A DNA stretch of 64,000 bases from Okamejei kenojei (lineage: Eukaryota): assembly GCA_035221665.1 (NCBI GenBank), contig CM069159.1:22258001-22322000 (forward strand). The letters run 5' to 3'. The position numbers were made by a program, and so were the translations under genes. Below, in pieces: positions 50,352 through 63,010 of the stretch (the stretch's first letter is position 1; the number at the start of each line of letters is the position of its first letter). The notes under the pieces were generated by a model, which was not told where the DNA came from, searched no databases, and worked only from the letters and a program-made list of their open reading frames with translations.

Positions 50352-52780
50352 GTGTTGGTGTTTGGGTCGTGACACTACCGCACAACACGGAATGTCACCG
50401 TGGGAGGAAGGATGTGGAAATCCAAAAATAACCATTAAACTGATGATCTGTGGGGATGACTGGGTGGAAATGTACTGGATGGATCATGTACTGAGCTAAG
50501 GCTTCCCTTAACACTGCAAATAACATGAATAGGCAACAGTTCATCACAGGTGAAGGCACAGAGATTAAATGTAATAAGGAATGACTGCATCTATGGCAGA
50601 ATAGCCTATTGTGATCATCATTTGGCTTGTTTCCCGAATTTCCCTCTTTGCTCTCCAAATTATTTTGATGGATTTAGAAACTAAGGGGTGCAAGAAAAAA
50701 ATGTTAGGACATGTCGATCTGTTGTTTCAGTTTTTTAGTTGCTAACTGCTAAAAAGGAAGTGATGTAAAATTGCTTTCTCTATAGAGTCCAATAGCATAC
50801 AACTGATAAATTTGGCAAGAACGTTCAACTCTAACACAAGACATAAATGAACCTTAACAAAGCGACTACAATATTCCCAACCTCAGTGTTTCTATTAAAA
50901 ACATGTTGGATCTATCCTATTGTCACAACAGGCGCACGCTAGTGCCTGGACAGATTTGCGTACAATTGGATTGTAGTTCTCCTTTAAATACAAAATGCTG
51001 CTGATGTTACGGTTATGGCTCAGTGTGTAAATTAATTAGACAGGCATACCTACCAATTCAGAAAAAAAAGTCTTAATAACATTCTAAATCACCCTAACTC
51101 CAGCTGCAAAGGAGCAAGAAGGAAATACAATTCATAATGAGCAGAAACCCTCATCTAAATTCCTGTAGCCACCTGAACAAATGGTGGCAGAATATAACCT
51201 TGACAAATGAGAGGAAGTGTGCAGGCAGCATTCAGTCAAGTGTGAAATTAGACTGAAAGCCTTTGCTGTAGAAGTCACTCTTCTCGTAAAACTCTCATTG
51301 ATAACGATTGGACCAAATTGAAAACTCTGACATGAGACGGGGCTGTTATCTGGAGGTAACCAGCCACTTCTCCAGCTTTCACCGTAGATCCAGGGTGGAG
51401 TGAGGTGTGAACATCCACCGTCATTTCAGCATGAACAGGAATGCAGAAACAAGAACAGAAATGTTATTAAAGGAAAAAAAAAAGGATTTCAGCAAAAGTA
51501 AATCAAATATAAATACAAACACTTCAACAGAGATGAAGAAACCTGTGGGAAATTATGCTCAGACATCTCACTCCAACTGCTTGCTAGCAGATCACGTGGA
51601 GTGTAAAGGACTCTGAATCCACTATGACTGACATACCTCAGTGCTTCTAAATCAAAGACATTGAAGGCTGCCTCTGCATGAAATCCAGAATTATTTTCCT
51701 GCAAAATTAAATTTTCTCTTTGTAAAGATGTTCCTGTAATAACGACATCAACCAACACTCATAACACGTTGAGGATGATTTCCTCTGCGGCATGTGCAAC
51801 TAAATTGTAAACCTGCTTATGAGAAAAGTTTTATTGCACAGGGCACAGAAATTAAATCTTCCCTCCCATGTTGGCTGTGGTGAATGAACAGCTTTCGAGG
51901 CAGCAGATCTTATTAAGAGTGCTAATTTAAAAATAACATTGAACCAGAATTAAAGTGGGAATAATAATCTTCAACTAAAGAAAATTCAGAGCTGCTTTAA
52001 CTTTCAGATAGTGAGTGAAAAGCAGCTTTATATCATTACAGAACTGCAGATTCTTAAATTGAAAGATGCAGTTGGATTTCATTAAAGTCGTCCTGCAGAA
52101 CCAGGGAAATTGACACACAATACAGTTCAATTTCTTCTTTGTTATTTTTAGATACATTGGTTAATATATGTGTTATTTTCCATATGCAACAATTACCATG
52201 TTAAATTAATGTAGATGAGAACTTAATGCAGACTAATGAACCAATAAAAAAGTACACAGAGGAAATGAAAGCCTTTCACTAACAAGCTTCTCATGGGTTA
52301 TCTTGATGTTCATGGTTTTGCACAAATTATTAATTCAATGTCATACAGATATTTATTTCTCTTTAAGTCCCTTCGGAGCTAAAACTTGTGCTGTCTGCGA
52401 TCAATTGTGCAGATTCTGCTCCTGCCGGCTAAGCATTGATGAGATATTATTTGGCCAATTTTAATCGGTAACGAATCCTTGAGTAAATCACAAAGTACTG
52501 GAGTAACTCAGGGGGTCAGGCAGCTTTTCTGGATGGCATGGATAGGTAATGTTTTGGGCCTGGACCCTTCTTCAGTCCATTTAATTGCAATGAGGAAATG
52601 GAGCCCCATTTCCATGATCATTCTGCACAGTCATGCAAGTCATTCTTTACCAAGGAGATAAATTCAACTTTCTTTTGAAAGTTTCTTCTGTTATCTATTG
52701 CATCTTAGTTCAAAATCGGCTGCATGGTTTAGATTGTTGTTTGGCAGCAATTGATTAGAGTCAGTCAAGATACCGTTAGC

Positions 52781-52908
52781 GTTAAAGAAGGAACTGCAGA
52801 TGCTGGAAAATCGAGGGTACACAAAATGCTGGAGAAACTCAGCGGGTGCAGCAGCACCTATGGAGCGAAGGAGATAGGCAACGTTTCCGGCCGAAACCCT
52901 TCTTCAGC
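52781..52908 (-). mobile_element. 128-bp Penelope insertion consisting only of the hammerhead-like core plus 3' tail
   Basis: 12-bp TSD GATACCGTTAGC at 52769-52780 and 52909-52920. Confidence 0.9.
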
Positions 52909-52964
52909 GATACCGTTAGCAATCATGTAAATCACATCTACTAAATCACCATATATTAATGATA

Positions 52965-53565
52965 AGAACAAGGAACTGCAGATGCTGGTTTACATAAAGG
53001 GACACAAAGTGCTGGAGTAACTCAACGGGTCAGACAGCATCACAGGATAACATGGATAGGTGACGTTTTGGGTCAGGACCCATCTTCAGAATGATTGTGG
53101 GGGGGAAAGTTTGGAGAGAGGAGGGGCAGGACAAAGCCAGGCAGGTAATAGGTGGAGGAAGGAACTGCAGATGCTGATTTAAACCAAAGATAGACACAAA
53201 AATCTGGAGTAACTCAGCGGGTCAGACAACATCTCCAGAGAAAAGGCGAGGTGTCTTGACCCGAAACATCATCTATTCATTTTCTCCAGAGATGCTGTCT
53301 GACCCGCTGAATTACTCCATCTTTTTGTGTCTGCCTTTGAACTGTTGGGACTGATTTGACTAGAAAAGGAATAGGAATGTCTGAAGAAGGGTCTCGACCC
53401 ATCTGAAAAAGGATCTCGACCCGAAACATCACCCATTCCTTCTCTCCAGAGTTACTGGCTGTCTCGCTGAGTTCCTCCAGCATTTTGTGTCTATCTTCTG
53501 TTTAAACCAGCATCCGCAGTTCCTTCCTACACCACTGAAATAATAGGTGGACACAGATGAGGGCT
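52965..53565. mobile_element. Penelope 3' module with a nested composite (inverted + tandem) Penelope module at 53157-53540
   Basis: 11-bp TSD TAATAGGTGGA at 53146-53156 and 53541-53551. Confidence 0.85.
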
Positions 53566-56500
53566 TTTTTAATTAATGATGATGTTTTCTTAAAAGCTCA
53601 GATCCACGATATTCAATTGGATGCAAATAAGCACTAGATTCCAATCGCAGTGGAAAATACTGCAAATGTTATTCGACATTATATGCCCTGGTGCTTTCAC
53701 TTGAACAGATGATTGCAGAGCAGGCTGCCCGCTGAACCCTGGATTGAAAATGCAGTTGAATACTGAATAGCAATCAAACCTGAAGTCTCTCCCAAAGATA
53801 CTCGAACAGAAAATGTAACCTTTCTTTTTATGCATAAATCAAAGCCAAAATGACTTTGTTTTTGAAGTGGTTGAACCCATTTCCAGCAGGAATCTCATCC
53901 ATTGGGAAATTGGACCTGACGCTTCCTGCACTGCATCACCGTTACACTAGTTTTGTTTGCCCGTGATCTTTGCTACATGTGATGAGATGACAATGTTCAG
54001 GGCTGGTTTTAATCACAGGAATTGAATTTTTAAATCTTCATGCGGGTATATAATTTAGCCATAATAAAACGAGGAGTCGATCATTCCGAAAGTCATGAGT
54101 CATGTGTGATGCAAGTACTGTTGATAGGATACTGCTGGGATATTGTTGCTACATTGTAGAGCACTATTTTCCTTTGGGTGTTATTGCATTACAATGCCTG
54201 CCATACCCAGCACTGGTTATAATTGTAGCCTCTGCCTCATCCCCAGTCTGTCTGTAGTCAATCATGGACTCCTGTCTAAAAAGGCTGTTGGGGGGGGAGG
54301 GTCATGTGCCGTTAAAACTCTCCCTCCACTCCTGACCTTGAGCAGTGTCTTCCACGCGGAGTATGCTTTGCTGATCCGATTGGATTCTCAGTAGTCACTG
54401 AGCATGACCCAATGGGAAATGCACAGAAAATCTTTCTAAAATTGGATAAGGATGCCGATCATCCTGACGATTTTTTAAAACTGTGATTTCCACTGATATC
54501 TTCAATTTTTCCAATTGGCTGCCAAACACAAGGTGGGCAACTTTAATTTTTAGGCATCTCTGTTCTTATTTTAGATTTGTGACATTCAAACTATTTTGCT
54601 TTTGTATTGATTGTTTATGTGAGTCTTTGTACCCACATCTTGGCTTCCTTCAATAGCACTGGTGGCTTTGTATAAATTTGTTCCAATTATTTTTTCTCTA
54701 ATGTCAAATATACTTATACATAATGGGATGTCGGAAAAAGTATCCAAAGGTGATTTTTTGCAAGCTTTAAGGCACTCAAAAAAAACTCCCATTCTCTTTT
54801 GTTAACTATAATAATATAACAAATACCCCCAAAATTAAATAAATATGTGATTTTATAACAAATCGGATTCCCTGTAGATGTGATAGCCACAGATAAATGA
54901 TAATTAAGCTACAGCTATTTGTTGCTAATAGTATGGGAACCTATTTGAATTATTGCATCCAGTGTAATATAGGGTAGCTGGGCTTTCAGAAACATTATTA
55001 TCTTACGGTGGTTTAGTAGAAGCAATTTACTTGTTCTTTAAGGGTATCTCAACTGGCTCTGGCCAGTTGCTGGCAAACAGTAATCTTAAACCATGGAGCA
55101 AATGTACAAAGGTGCACCCCAGGCAGCAATCTAGAGATCAGTGCAGTGACGTGAATGCACCCACAATAGCTGCTCTTATCATCTCGAGGCAGTTGGTGCT
55201 TTTAAAAGCTCTTAACGAGTACCTTCTTTACACTGATCAATTGCAGTATGATTTCAGCATCATAAAGTTGCATTTTCACACATTCAACACAGAAATGCTA
55301 ACGGTCCATTGGTGCTGCAGTGTGTGTTGTCCGCAGTATTACTTTGTGTTAAATCAGTGCAGAGTTTGCAATATGACTGGCTTCAGGGCAGCACGAAAAC
55401 GTTACGGAACCGTGGATGCAGTCGTTCCAAGAAACCTTTGTTGCCTCACCCTTTTGGCTAAGGGTCTCCCTCTAGTGAGCAAATAGTTCACAGATGTTAA
55501 TGAAAATGGCAAGCTCATTGTCAAGCAATAGCATTATGGCCATGGTGGTGCATTGCGAGATGATTTTCTCATCTCTTGGCGAAAGACAACCCGTTATGTC
55601 TGTTTCCCGAGGCTGTGCTGCTTGGTGAAAGAGGATTGCTTTATAAATGGGGCATGTTTGCCCTGTCACACATTTACGATGGCACACATTGACAGTATTA
55701 ATGAGATGTTGCAGAAAAATTCCTTGTGCAATGATAGCATTTACAAAGCAGATAGATTTACAAATCACCCTGCTTAGAGCTCATTAAGTTCATAGGGTGA
55801 ATAACTTCCATTACACACACCAAAGACCTTGTATTTTTTCTGCATGTTATCAGCTAACAAGTTGTCATTTTTAATCTATTAATTAGCACCTCTGTGTTCT
55901 ATAAAATTAACATCTTCCACTGCTCTTCAATAGAGAATGTAAAACACTTAATTTGTTAATTAGATACTGCATAATTTTAAATGTGTTCATTAAAATATCC
56001 AGCGCCATTTGCAGATAGCAATTGAATGGACTGAAAGAACACTTCAAAGAGATGCCTATGGTAGAGCTGTTCGTCTATGTAAAGGACTTATTATTCCGGG
56101 GTGGAAGATTGCAACGTGGTCCGCCCTGTTTCGACTAATGCAATCAACTCGACGTGCACAAACAGAAGATCAAATAGAACAAGTTGTCCTACAATTTTAG
56201 GCTGTGCACGCCACACGAAAGAAGACTTATTATTCCAATTCTGTAAAAAATATATTTTTCTTGATTGAGAAAATGCAGATTGTGGTTTTATTACAACTAA
56301 CAAAATATTATAAATTCTAATGCACCAGTAGTTTCCTTCATCATTTAATAATAAACTTAATGAAGACAAGCCCATTATTGCAATAGCTATTATGCCAACG
56401 TTTAGTTTAGAGGTTTGTGGCTTGATTTAAAAAAAATAGAATAAGCCATGCAGTTGCTGTCATGAAGCATTTACGGGTCGGGTTTCATCAAACTTAGGTT

Positions 56501-56690
56501 AAAACATTTCATGATTGACCACATTCTCAAATGAAACTATTTGGCAAAATTTCACCATGAGAGAGAGATTTATCTCTTTGGGATTGTCAAAAGGAAAATC
56601 AAGGGATAAACTAAATAAAATGGGGAAAAAGCAAAATTGGAACAAGGGGGTACTAATTTTAGATGATCAGCCATGATCATATTGAATGGT

Positions 56691-58082
56691 TAAAGAAGAA
56701 ACTGCAGATGCTGGAAAATCGAGGGTACACAAAATGCTGGTGCAGCAGCATCTATGGAGCGAAGGAGATAGGCAACGTTTCGGGCCGAAACCCTTCTTCA
56801 GACTGATGGGGGGTGGGGGGAGGCGGCGGGAAGAAAGGAAAAAAGAGGAGGAGCCCGAGGGCTGAGGGAGAGGTAGGAAGGGGAGGAGACAGCAAGGGTT
56901 AACAGAATTGAGGGAATTCGAATGTTCATGTCAAGAGGATGCAGACTCCCCAAGCAGAATATGAGGTGCTGTTCCTCCAATTAGCGGTGTTGCTCACTCT
57001 GGCCGTGGAGGAGGCCCAGGACAGAGAGGTCGGATATGGAATGGGAGGGGGAGTTGAAGTGCTGAGCCACCGGGAGGTCGGGTTGGTTATTGCGGACCGA
57101 GCGGAGGAGTTCAGCGAAACGATCGCCAAGCCTCCGCTTGGTCTCATCGATATAGATCAGTTGACATCTAGAGCAGCGGATGCAATAGATGAGGTTGGAG
57201 GAGGTGCAGGTGAACCTCTGTCGGACCTGGAACGACTGCTTGGGTCCTTGAATGGAGTGGAGGGGGAGGTAAAGCGACAAGTGTAGCATTTCTTGCGGTT
57301 GCAAGGGAAAGTGCCCGGGGAAGGGGTGGAGCGGGAGGGAAGGGAAGAATTGACAAGGGAGTTGCGTAGGAAGCAGTCTTTGCGGAAGGCAGACGGGGGG
57401 GAATGGGAAGATGTGGCGAGTGGTGGGGTCACGTTGGAGGTGGCGAAACTGGTGGAGAACTATGTTTTGTATGTGCCGGCTGGTGGGGTGAAAGCTGAGG
57501 ACCAGGGAGACTCTGCCCTTGTTGCGAGTGGGGGGATGGGGAGAGGGGGCAGTGTTATGGGGTACGGAGGAGACCCTGGTGTGAACCTCATCAATAGTGG
57601 GGGAGAATCCCCGTTCTCTGAAGAATGAGGACATTTGTGATGCCCTGGTGTGGTACACCTCATCCTGGGAGCAGATGCAGCGTAGACGGAGGAATTGGGA
57701 ATAGGGAATTGGGAATAGGGGAGTCCTTACAGGAAGCAGGGTGGGAGGAAGAGTAGTCCAGGTAGCCGTGGGAGTCAGTGGGTTTATAGTGGATGTCGGT
57801 CAGGAGTGTATCACCTGCGATGGAGATAGTGAGGTCATGGAATGGAAGGGAAGAGTCGGAAATGGTCCAGGTGTATTTGAGTGCCGGATGGAAGTTGGTG
57901 GTGAAACGGATGAAGTCAGTCAGTTGTGTGTGGGTGCAGGAGGTGACACCAAAGCAGTCGTCGATGTAACGGAGGTAGAGGTCAGGGATGGGGCCCTGGT
58001 ACGCTGCGAACAAGGATTGTTCGACGTATCCGACAAAGAGGCAAGCGTAGCTGGGGCCCATGCGTGTGCCCATAGCTACGCC
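56691..58082 (-). mobile_element. 5'-truncated Penelope-like retroelement (RT C-terminal part, CxxxxCxxC linker, GIY-YIG; Neptune-like), frameshifted
   Basis: MGTRMGPSYACLF...YLRYIDDCF (RT motifs), CNRKKCYTC, NLIYCIRC...YIDETKRRLGDRFAE. TSD TTGAATGGT at 56682-56690 and 58083-58091 splits a CR1 3' tail. Confidence 0.93.
56774..56801 (-). ncRNA. Minimal hammerhead-like motif, UUCG-loop variant
   Basis: CTGAAGA-A-GGGT(TTCG)GCCC-GAAA-CGTT on the minus strand. Confidence 0.55.
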
Positions 58083-58149
58083 TTGAATGGTGCTGGCTCA
58101 AAGAGCCGAATGGCCTATTCCTGCATCTATTTTCTATGTCTATGTTTTC

Positions 58150-58640
58150 TCATATTCAACTCAATTTTAAACGGACCTAGTCCTTTTCATATTCCCCCAT
58201 ATGACAAATCAAACTTCTTATTAATCACTCTGGTGAAACATTGCTGCCTTTTCCATCACAGGCATATCTTTTCTTAGATGGGGATAGCTGATGTGAACAC
58301 AATATTTCATATGTGGTCTCATCAGGCTTCGAAGTAATTGTATAATTATGTCTCTACTCATATGTTCATATCCGCCTGCAGGAAAAGTCAATACACCATT
58401 TGTCTTCCTCATCACATGATATATTTGCACTTTAAATTTCAGTGCATGTGGACAGCTAGCTCTCTCTGATCACCACACATTTCAACCTCTAAACTTTAAA
58501 TAACCACTTTAATCCTACTCTCTGTTTCCTCTCTGTTAACGAATCTCAAATCCGCTCTAATTTTGCTTGCTAATGTAAAGCCTTCCAAAAAGTCCAAGTA
58601 TGCCACATCAATTGGTTTCCCCTTATCTACTCTTTCCCCT
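58150..58640 (-). mobile_element. Old CR1-like RT fragment
   Basis: RVDKGKPIDVAYLDF and LLRSLMRPHMKYCV resemble CR1 RT motifs. Confidence 0.75.
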
Positions 58641-59542
58641 CCCCCCCCTGGCCAGGCACTTTCCCCTGCAACATCTGATCCTATACCACTGGAGATGTGA
58701 CATATCACATCACACTAATATGATAATAGAAGGATTCTGAGTGTCCCTGTGCCTAATAGCAACATTTAAAAGGGATTTGGACAGGTATAAGGATAGGAAA
58801 GGTTTAGAGAGTAATTAGCCAAATGTGGGCAAATGAGACTAGCTTAGATGGGCATCTTATTTGGTACGGACGAGTTGGGCCAAATAACTTGTTTTCCATG
58901 CTTTATGACTATGACCTTTCTCCCCTCTAAAATATAACTCTTTGATCAAGGTTAGGGTCACTTAATATAATATCTCCATCACGGCCCGATTACGTTCCAA
59001 TGAAGCATTTTCACTGCCAAAACTACAAATTAACATAGTTATTGTTTAACGCTATTGTTAAACTGCAAACATTTCAGCAACGAGACAAATGAAACCCATG
59101 GAGATGCACAGTACTTGGGTGCCAAGGAACCAGAACAAAGGCACCAATGCAATATTTGAATGAAAATCAAACAATCAATTTGCAGTTATGCTCCGCTTCA
59201 GGGATGCGTTACAATGTAAATGTATCCCTAATTCAGTACCAGTAACAGGAACCAGTAAATTTTGCTTTATCATTAAAGCAGTTTAGTTTTTCAGAATGCA
59301 AAGTTAATAAGCAGTTCCATGAAAGGAACACCTAAAACATCAACATCAATGGATAAAAATACACTCATTTTCCTGCCAGACCCTGGTACAAATTGGACCC
59401 AGCACCGGCATTTAATTATTATCTTTGCACCAAGTAATTATACAGACAAGACTATTGCGACACATGAAATTAAGGAGCAACTACATGCTTCATGATGCAG
59501 GTAAAACAAACATACAGTTCATAGACAAGTTCGTGTTCTTAC

Positions 59543-59693
59543 CGATTACAGTTAGATGTGCGCTGGCAGTGATGCTTGTGACCACATTAGTGGCAACACA
59601 TTCCCATTGTCCGTGGTCCTCTTTGCTGAGAGCTTTGAATTGGAGGCTGCCGCTTGGAAGGATGTTGTGCTTGCTTTTACTGGGCTTCCCTAC
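59543..59693 (-). CDS. IGSF9B: IGSF9B exon, C-terminal half of Ig domain 5 (VGKPSKSKHNILPSGSLQFKALSKEDHGQWECVATNVVTSITASAHLTVI)
   Basis: Acceptor TTTAAAG|GTA, donor ATCG|GTAAG; 151 bp; Ig F-strand motif D-x-G-x-W-x-C. Confidence 0.95.
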
Positions 59694-61432
59694 CTTTAAA
59701 CAGACAACAAACCAAAGACATACTTCAATCCAAGCTAATGCCAACTTTTCCCCATCTCATTATGCGTACTCAGCACATTTCACAGTTGGTTCACACACAC
59801 ACACATACAAACAATGCTGGAAACACTCAGTGGGTCAGACAGGCTCAGTGGAGAGAGAGAACCAAATCAATATTTCAGATCAATAGTTTTTCTGTCGAAG
59901 TGAGAACAATGAGAGAACAGCGGGTTTTAAGCTGTGAAAGGTGAGAAGATAAGATCTACGATTATGTGCCAAAATGAGACAAGAAGTAAAAGAAATATCA
60001 ATGGCAGAAGTAGTAATACTATCTGAAATTATCAAATGAAAATATCCGGATGCTGGAAATCTGAAATATGAATTGGAAGTGCTTGGAATACTGTGTAGCT
60101 AAGGTGGTTGAACTCCATACAGAAGACTGCAATGTGACTAGTCACAATATCAGAGGCTGTTCGTTGAATTTACACCAAGGTTCTAAAGAATGGTGCAGGA
60201 GGTCAAGGTGAGTGTTGGATGGAGCATTAAAAGGATAAGATTAGAAGCTCAGGATCACATTTGTGAACTATCTGGAGGTGTTCCATTGCTTCATCTGCCT
60301 TTGGCCTCCTCAATGTACAGGGAACACGATTTGAGGCAATGAGTACTGTATATAGTGCAGTGCAGATCAAATGGTTGAACAGAAGGATGGGGGAAACTAT
60401 CAGAGTCCTGAATGCTTTCACACCAGCAGTGAATCGGATCTGCATCCCAAAGAGAATTGATGAACATTTCTTTGCTCACAAAAACTGAATGCTCAGTCCC
60501 TTTCTGCTCCCTGAAGCAGCTGAACAGACAGATGGATTACACCAAACAACCAGATTATACTTTCAAAATTTCAGAATTGATTACAAAGCAGATTCCATTT
60601 CATTTCGCTGTCTGCTGCATCTTTGTTCCTGCTTTGTAAAACAACCGTTTGAGTTTTTAACATTTTCTTTAAATAGACAGTGATTTTCAGCTTTTGAGCA
60701 ACCAAAGCCACATTGGAAAATCACCTAGAGGGAAGATGGAAGCAAATCAGTACTTAAAAATAAACTAGCATGGCACGCAATTATGTTCCCTCCTCCTGGG
60801 AATGCAGAAAACAATAACAACTATATTTTCAGCTAATTTACAGTCAAGAAGCATTCGGGTAATTGTATAAACATCCAAGACAAAACTCAAATCTTAATAC
60901 ACAAAATTTCAATCTGTACATATTCCCTGAGGCATTTTTTTTGTGATAGAGAAATGAGTTTAATGCAGGAGATAAATGATTTCTCGCTTCAGTGGCCATT
61001 TATATCCTTAGTTTTTAATGCACATTTTTTCTGTTTATTACACCTGATGGATACCGATGTCAGGAACTATCTCCGTTTAACATTTGACCTCTGACGTTAA
61101 TGTACGCCATTAGCAGTTATTCTGCATCTATTTATACAATTAAAACTTTTGCTTCCAGACCCAAATAAAACTTGAACTTGTTCAGCATGGATTATTTAGA
61201 GTATATTTAAGAAACATTTAGATAGACATGCCTTATTGGGCAAGGCATTGAAGGATATGGATCTAATGCTGGCAAATAGGATTAGCGTAGAAGGGCAATG
61301 GGTCAGCATGGATGTGATGGGCAGAGGGCCTGTTTAATATTGTGCAACATTATAACTATGATAAGCTGAATAAGCATGGAAGTGGAAAAGAAAGGGACAT
61401 TCTAAAGAGGTGACTATCTAGAAAATGATAGT

Positions 61433-61680
61433 AACATAGAAACATAGACATAGAAAATAGGTGCAGGAGTAAGGCCATTCGGCCCTTTGAGCCTGCAACA
61501 CAATTCAATATGATCATGGCTGATCATCCAACTCATTATCCTGTACCTGCTTTTTCTCCATACCCCCTGATCCCTTTAGCCACAAGGGCCACATCTAACT
61601 CCCTCTTAAATATAGCCAATGAACTGGCCTCAACTACCCTATGTAGCAGAGAATTCCACAGATTCACCACTCTCTGTGTG
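61433..61680 (-). mobile_element. CR1/HER1-like LINE 3' end
   Basis: Near-identical to 43024-43260. Confidence 0.9.
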
Positions 61681-62229
61681 AACATTTCAAAGGCATTTGA
61701 ACATAGTATTTTTCAATGTATTGTTTCAAACACATAGTTATCTGCATTCAGATTCTTTAATAAGGTAGACAAAGTGGAACTAGAAAGTAGTATTTGAAAT
61801 GGGATGGGATAAGAGTTTGTTTTCTAAAATGTAGTAGTAGGAATATGCTACATAGCCACTCCAGCCTACTCCACCATTCAATATGATCAAGTCTGGCTTC
61901 TGGTCCATTTTCTAGATAATCCCCTTGTCACTTGATTCTCTTGCAATCCAAAAATATATCTGTCTCAAGCTTGAATGTATTTAATGAGTCATGTCCAAAG
62001 CTCTCTGGGGTATAGAGTTCTAAAGATTCACACTGTCTGGAGAATAAATTCTTCCTTATCTTAGTTTTTAATGGTTGCTTTCTTATCCTGAGACTGTGAA
62101 ATAAAAATGGAAAATGTAGGGATTAAGCAGTATCTGTGGGTGGAGAAATGGAGATAAGATTTTACACTGTCAGGCCTGCTCAGTGTTTCACCATTTTCTG
62201 GTTTTATTTAATACATCTGCAGTTTATTG

Positions 62230-62429
62230 AGTTTCATTTATTGAGATAGTTTTTCCGCAAGATCAGCTCTCATTATTCTAAGCTTTTGTGAGTATAGGGT
62301 CAATATACTCAATCTTTCCATGTAAGAAGACCTATTCTTCCTGAGTATCAATCCTTCCTGTAAATCCTTCCTTAACGATGGAGACCAAAACTGCATACGA
62401 GGCATAGTATCACCAATGCCCTGTACAGC
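62230..62429 (-). mobile_element. Old CR1 fragment abutting the Rex1/Babar tail
   Basis: MQFWSPSLRKD...SSYMERLSILTLYS resembles the CR1 C-terminus. Confidence 0.65.
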
Positions 62430-62982
62430 TAAGTAAGTAAGTTTATGGGCCAAGTATTTACATACAAGGAATTTGCCTTGGTGCTCCGCCCACAAGTAAC
62501 AACATGACATACAGTGACAGTTACGAATGATTCAGAAAACATTAAACATTAATAATAATAAGACATTAATGATAAAACACCATTGATCAAGCATGTGAAC
62601 AAACAAAATACCAGATCAAAGGGAGGCTACAGATTTTTGGCTGTTGAGCAGAGCAACTACTTGTGGATAAAAACTGTTTTATGTCTGGCTGTGGCAGCTT
62701 TGACAATCCGGAGTCGCCTTCCAGAGGGAAGTGATTCAAAGAGTTTGTGGCCATGGTGAGAGGGGTCAGAGATGATCTTGCCCGCTCGCTTCCTGGCCCC
62801 TGCAGTGTACAGTTCATGAATGGAGGGAAGGTTGCAGCCAATAATCTTCTCTGCTGATCGGACGATTCGCTGCAGCCTCCAGGTGTCGTGCTTGGTGGCT
62901 GAGCCAAACCAGACCATGGGTACACAAAAAGCTGGAGAAACTCAGCGGGTGCAGCAGCATCTAAGGAGCGAAGGAGATAGGC

Positions 62983-63010
62983 GACGTTTCGGGTCGAGAC
63001 CCTTCTTCAG
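62983..63010 (-). ncRNA. Minimal hammerhead-like motif (mirror copy)
   Basis: Reverse complement GACGTTTCGGGTCGAGACCCTTCTTCAG. Confidence 0.6.

Larger units (their letters stand above)
11170..59693 (-). other. IGSF9B: IGSF9B (protein turtle homolog B) gene, 3' portion: 8 coding exons; 5' exons lie beyond 64000
   Basis: Eight exons join in frame via GT-AG with consistent phases (0-1,1-2,2-1,1-0,0-1,1-1,1-2,2-). Translation gives Ig-FN3-FN3-TM-cytoplasmic tail with motifs I recognise from vertebrate IGSF9B (GTSPHAP, WDPGYDGGYEQTF, GPHDWLSLPV, AGIVATICFLAAAILFSTLAACFVN, DPPLSITHCRKS, ELISRGPDGRF). Confidence 0.95.

Noticed and set aside
55031-55777. 151-aa and neighbouring ORFs
   Set aside because: Non-ATG start for the 151-aa ORF, no recognisable domain or splice structure; expected by chance.
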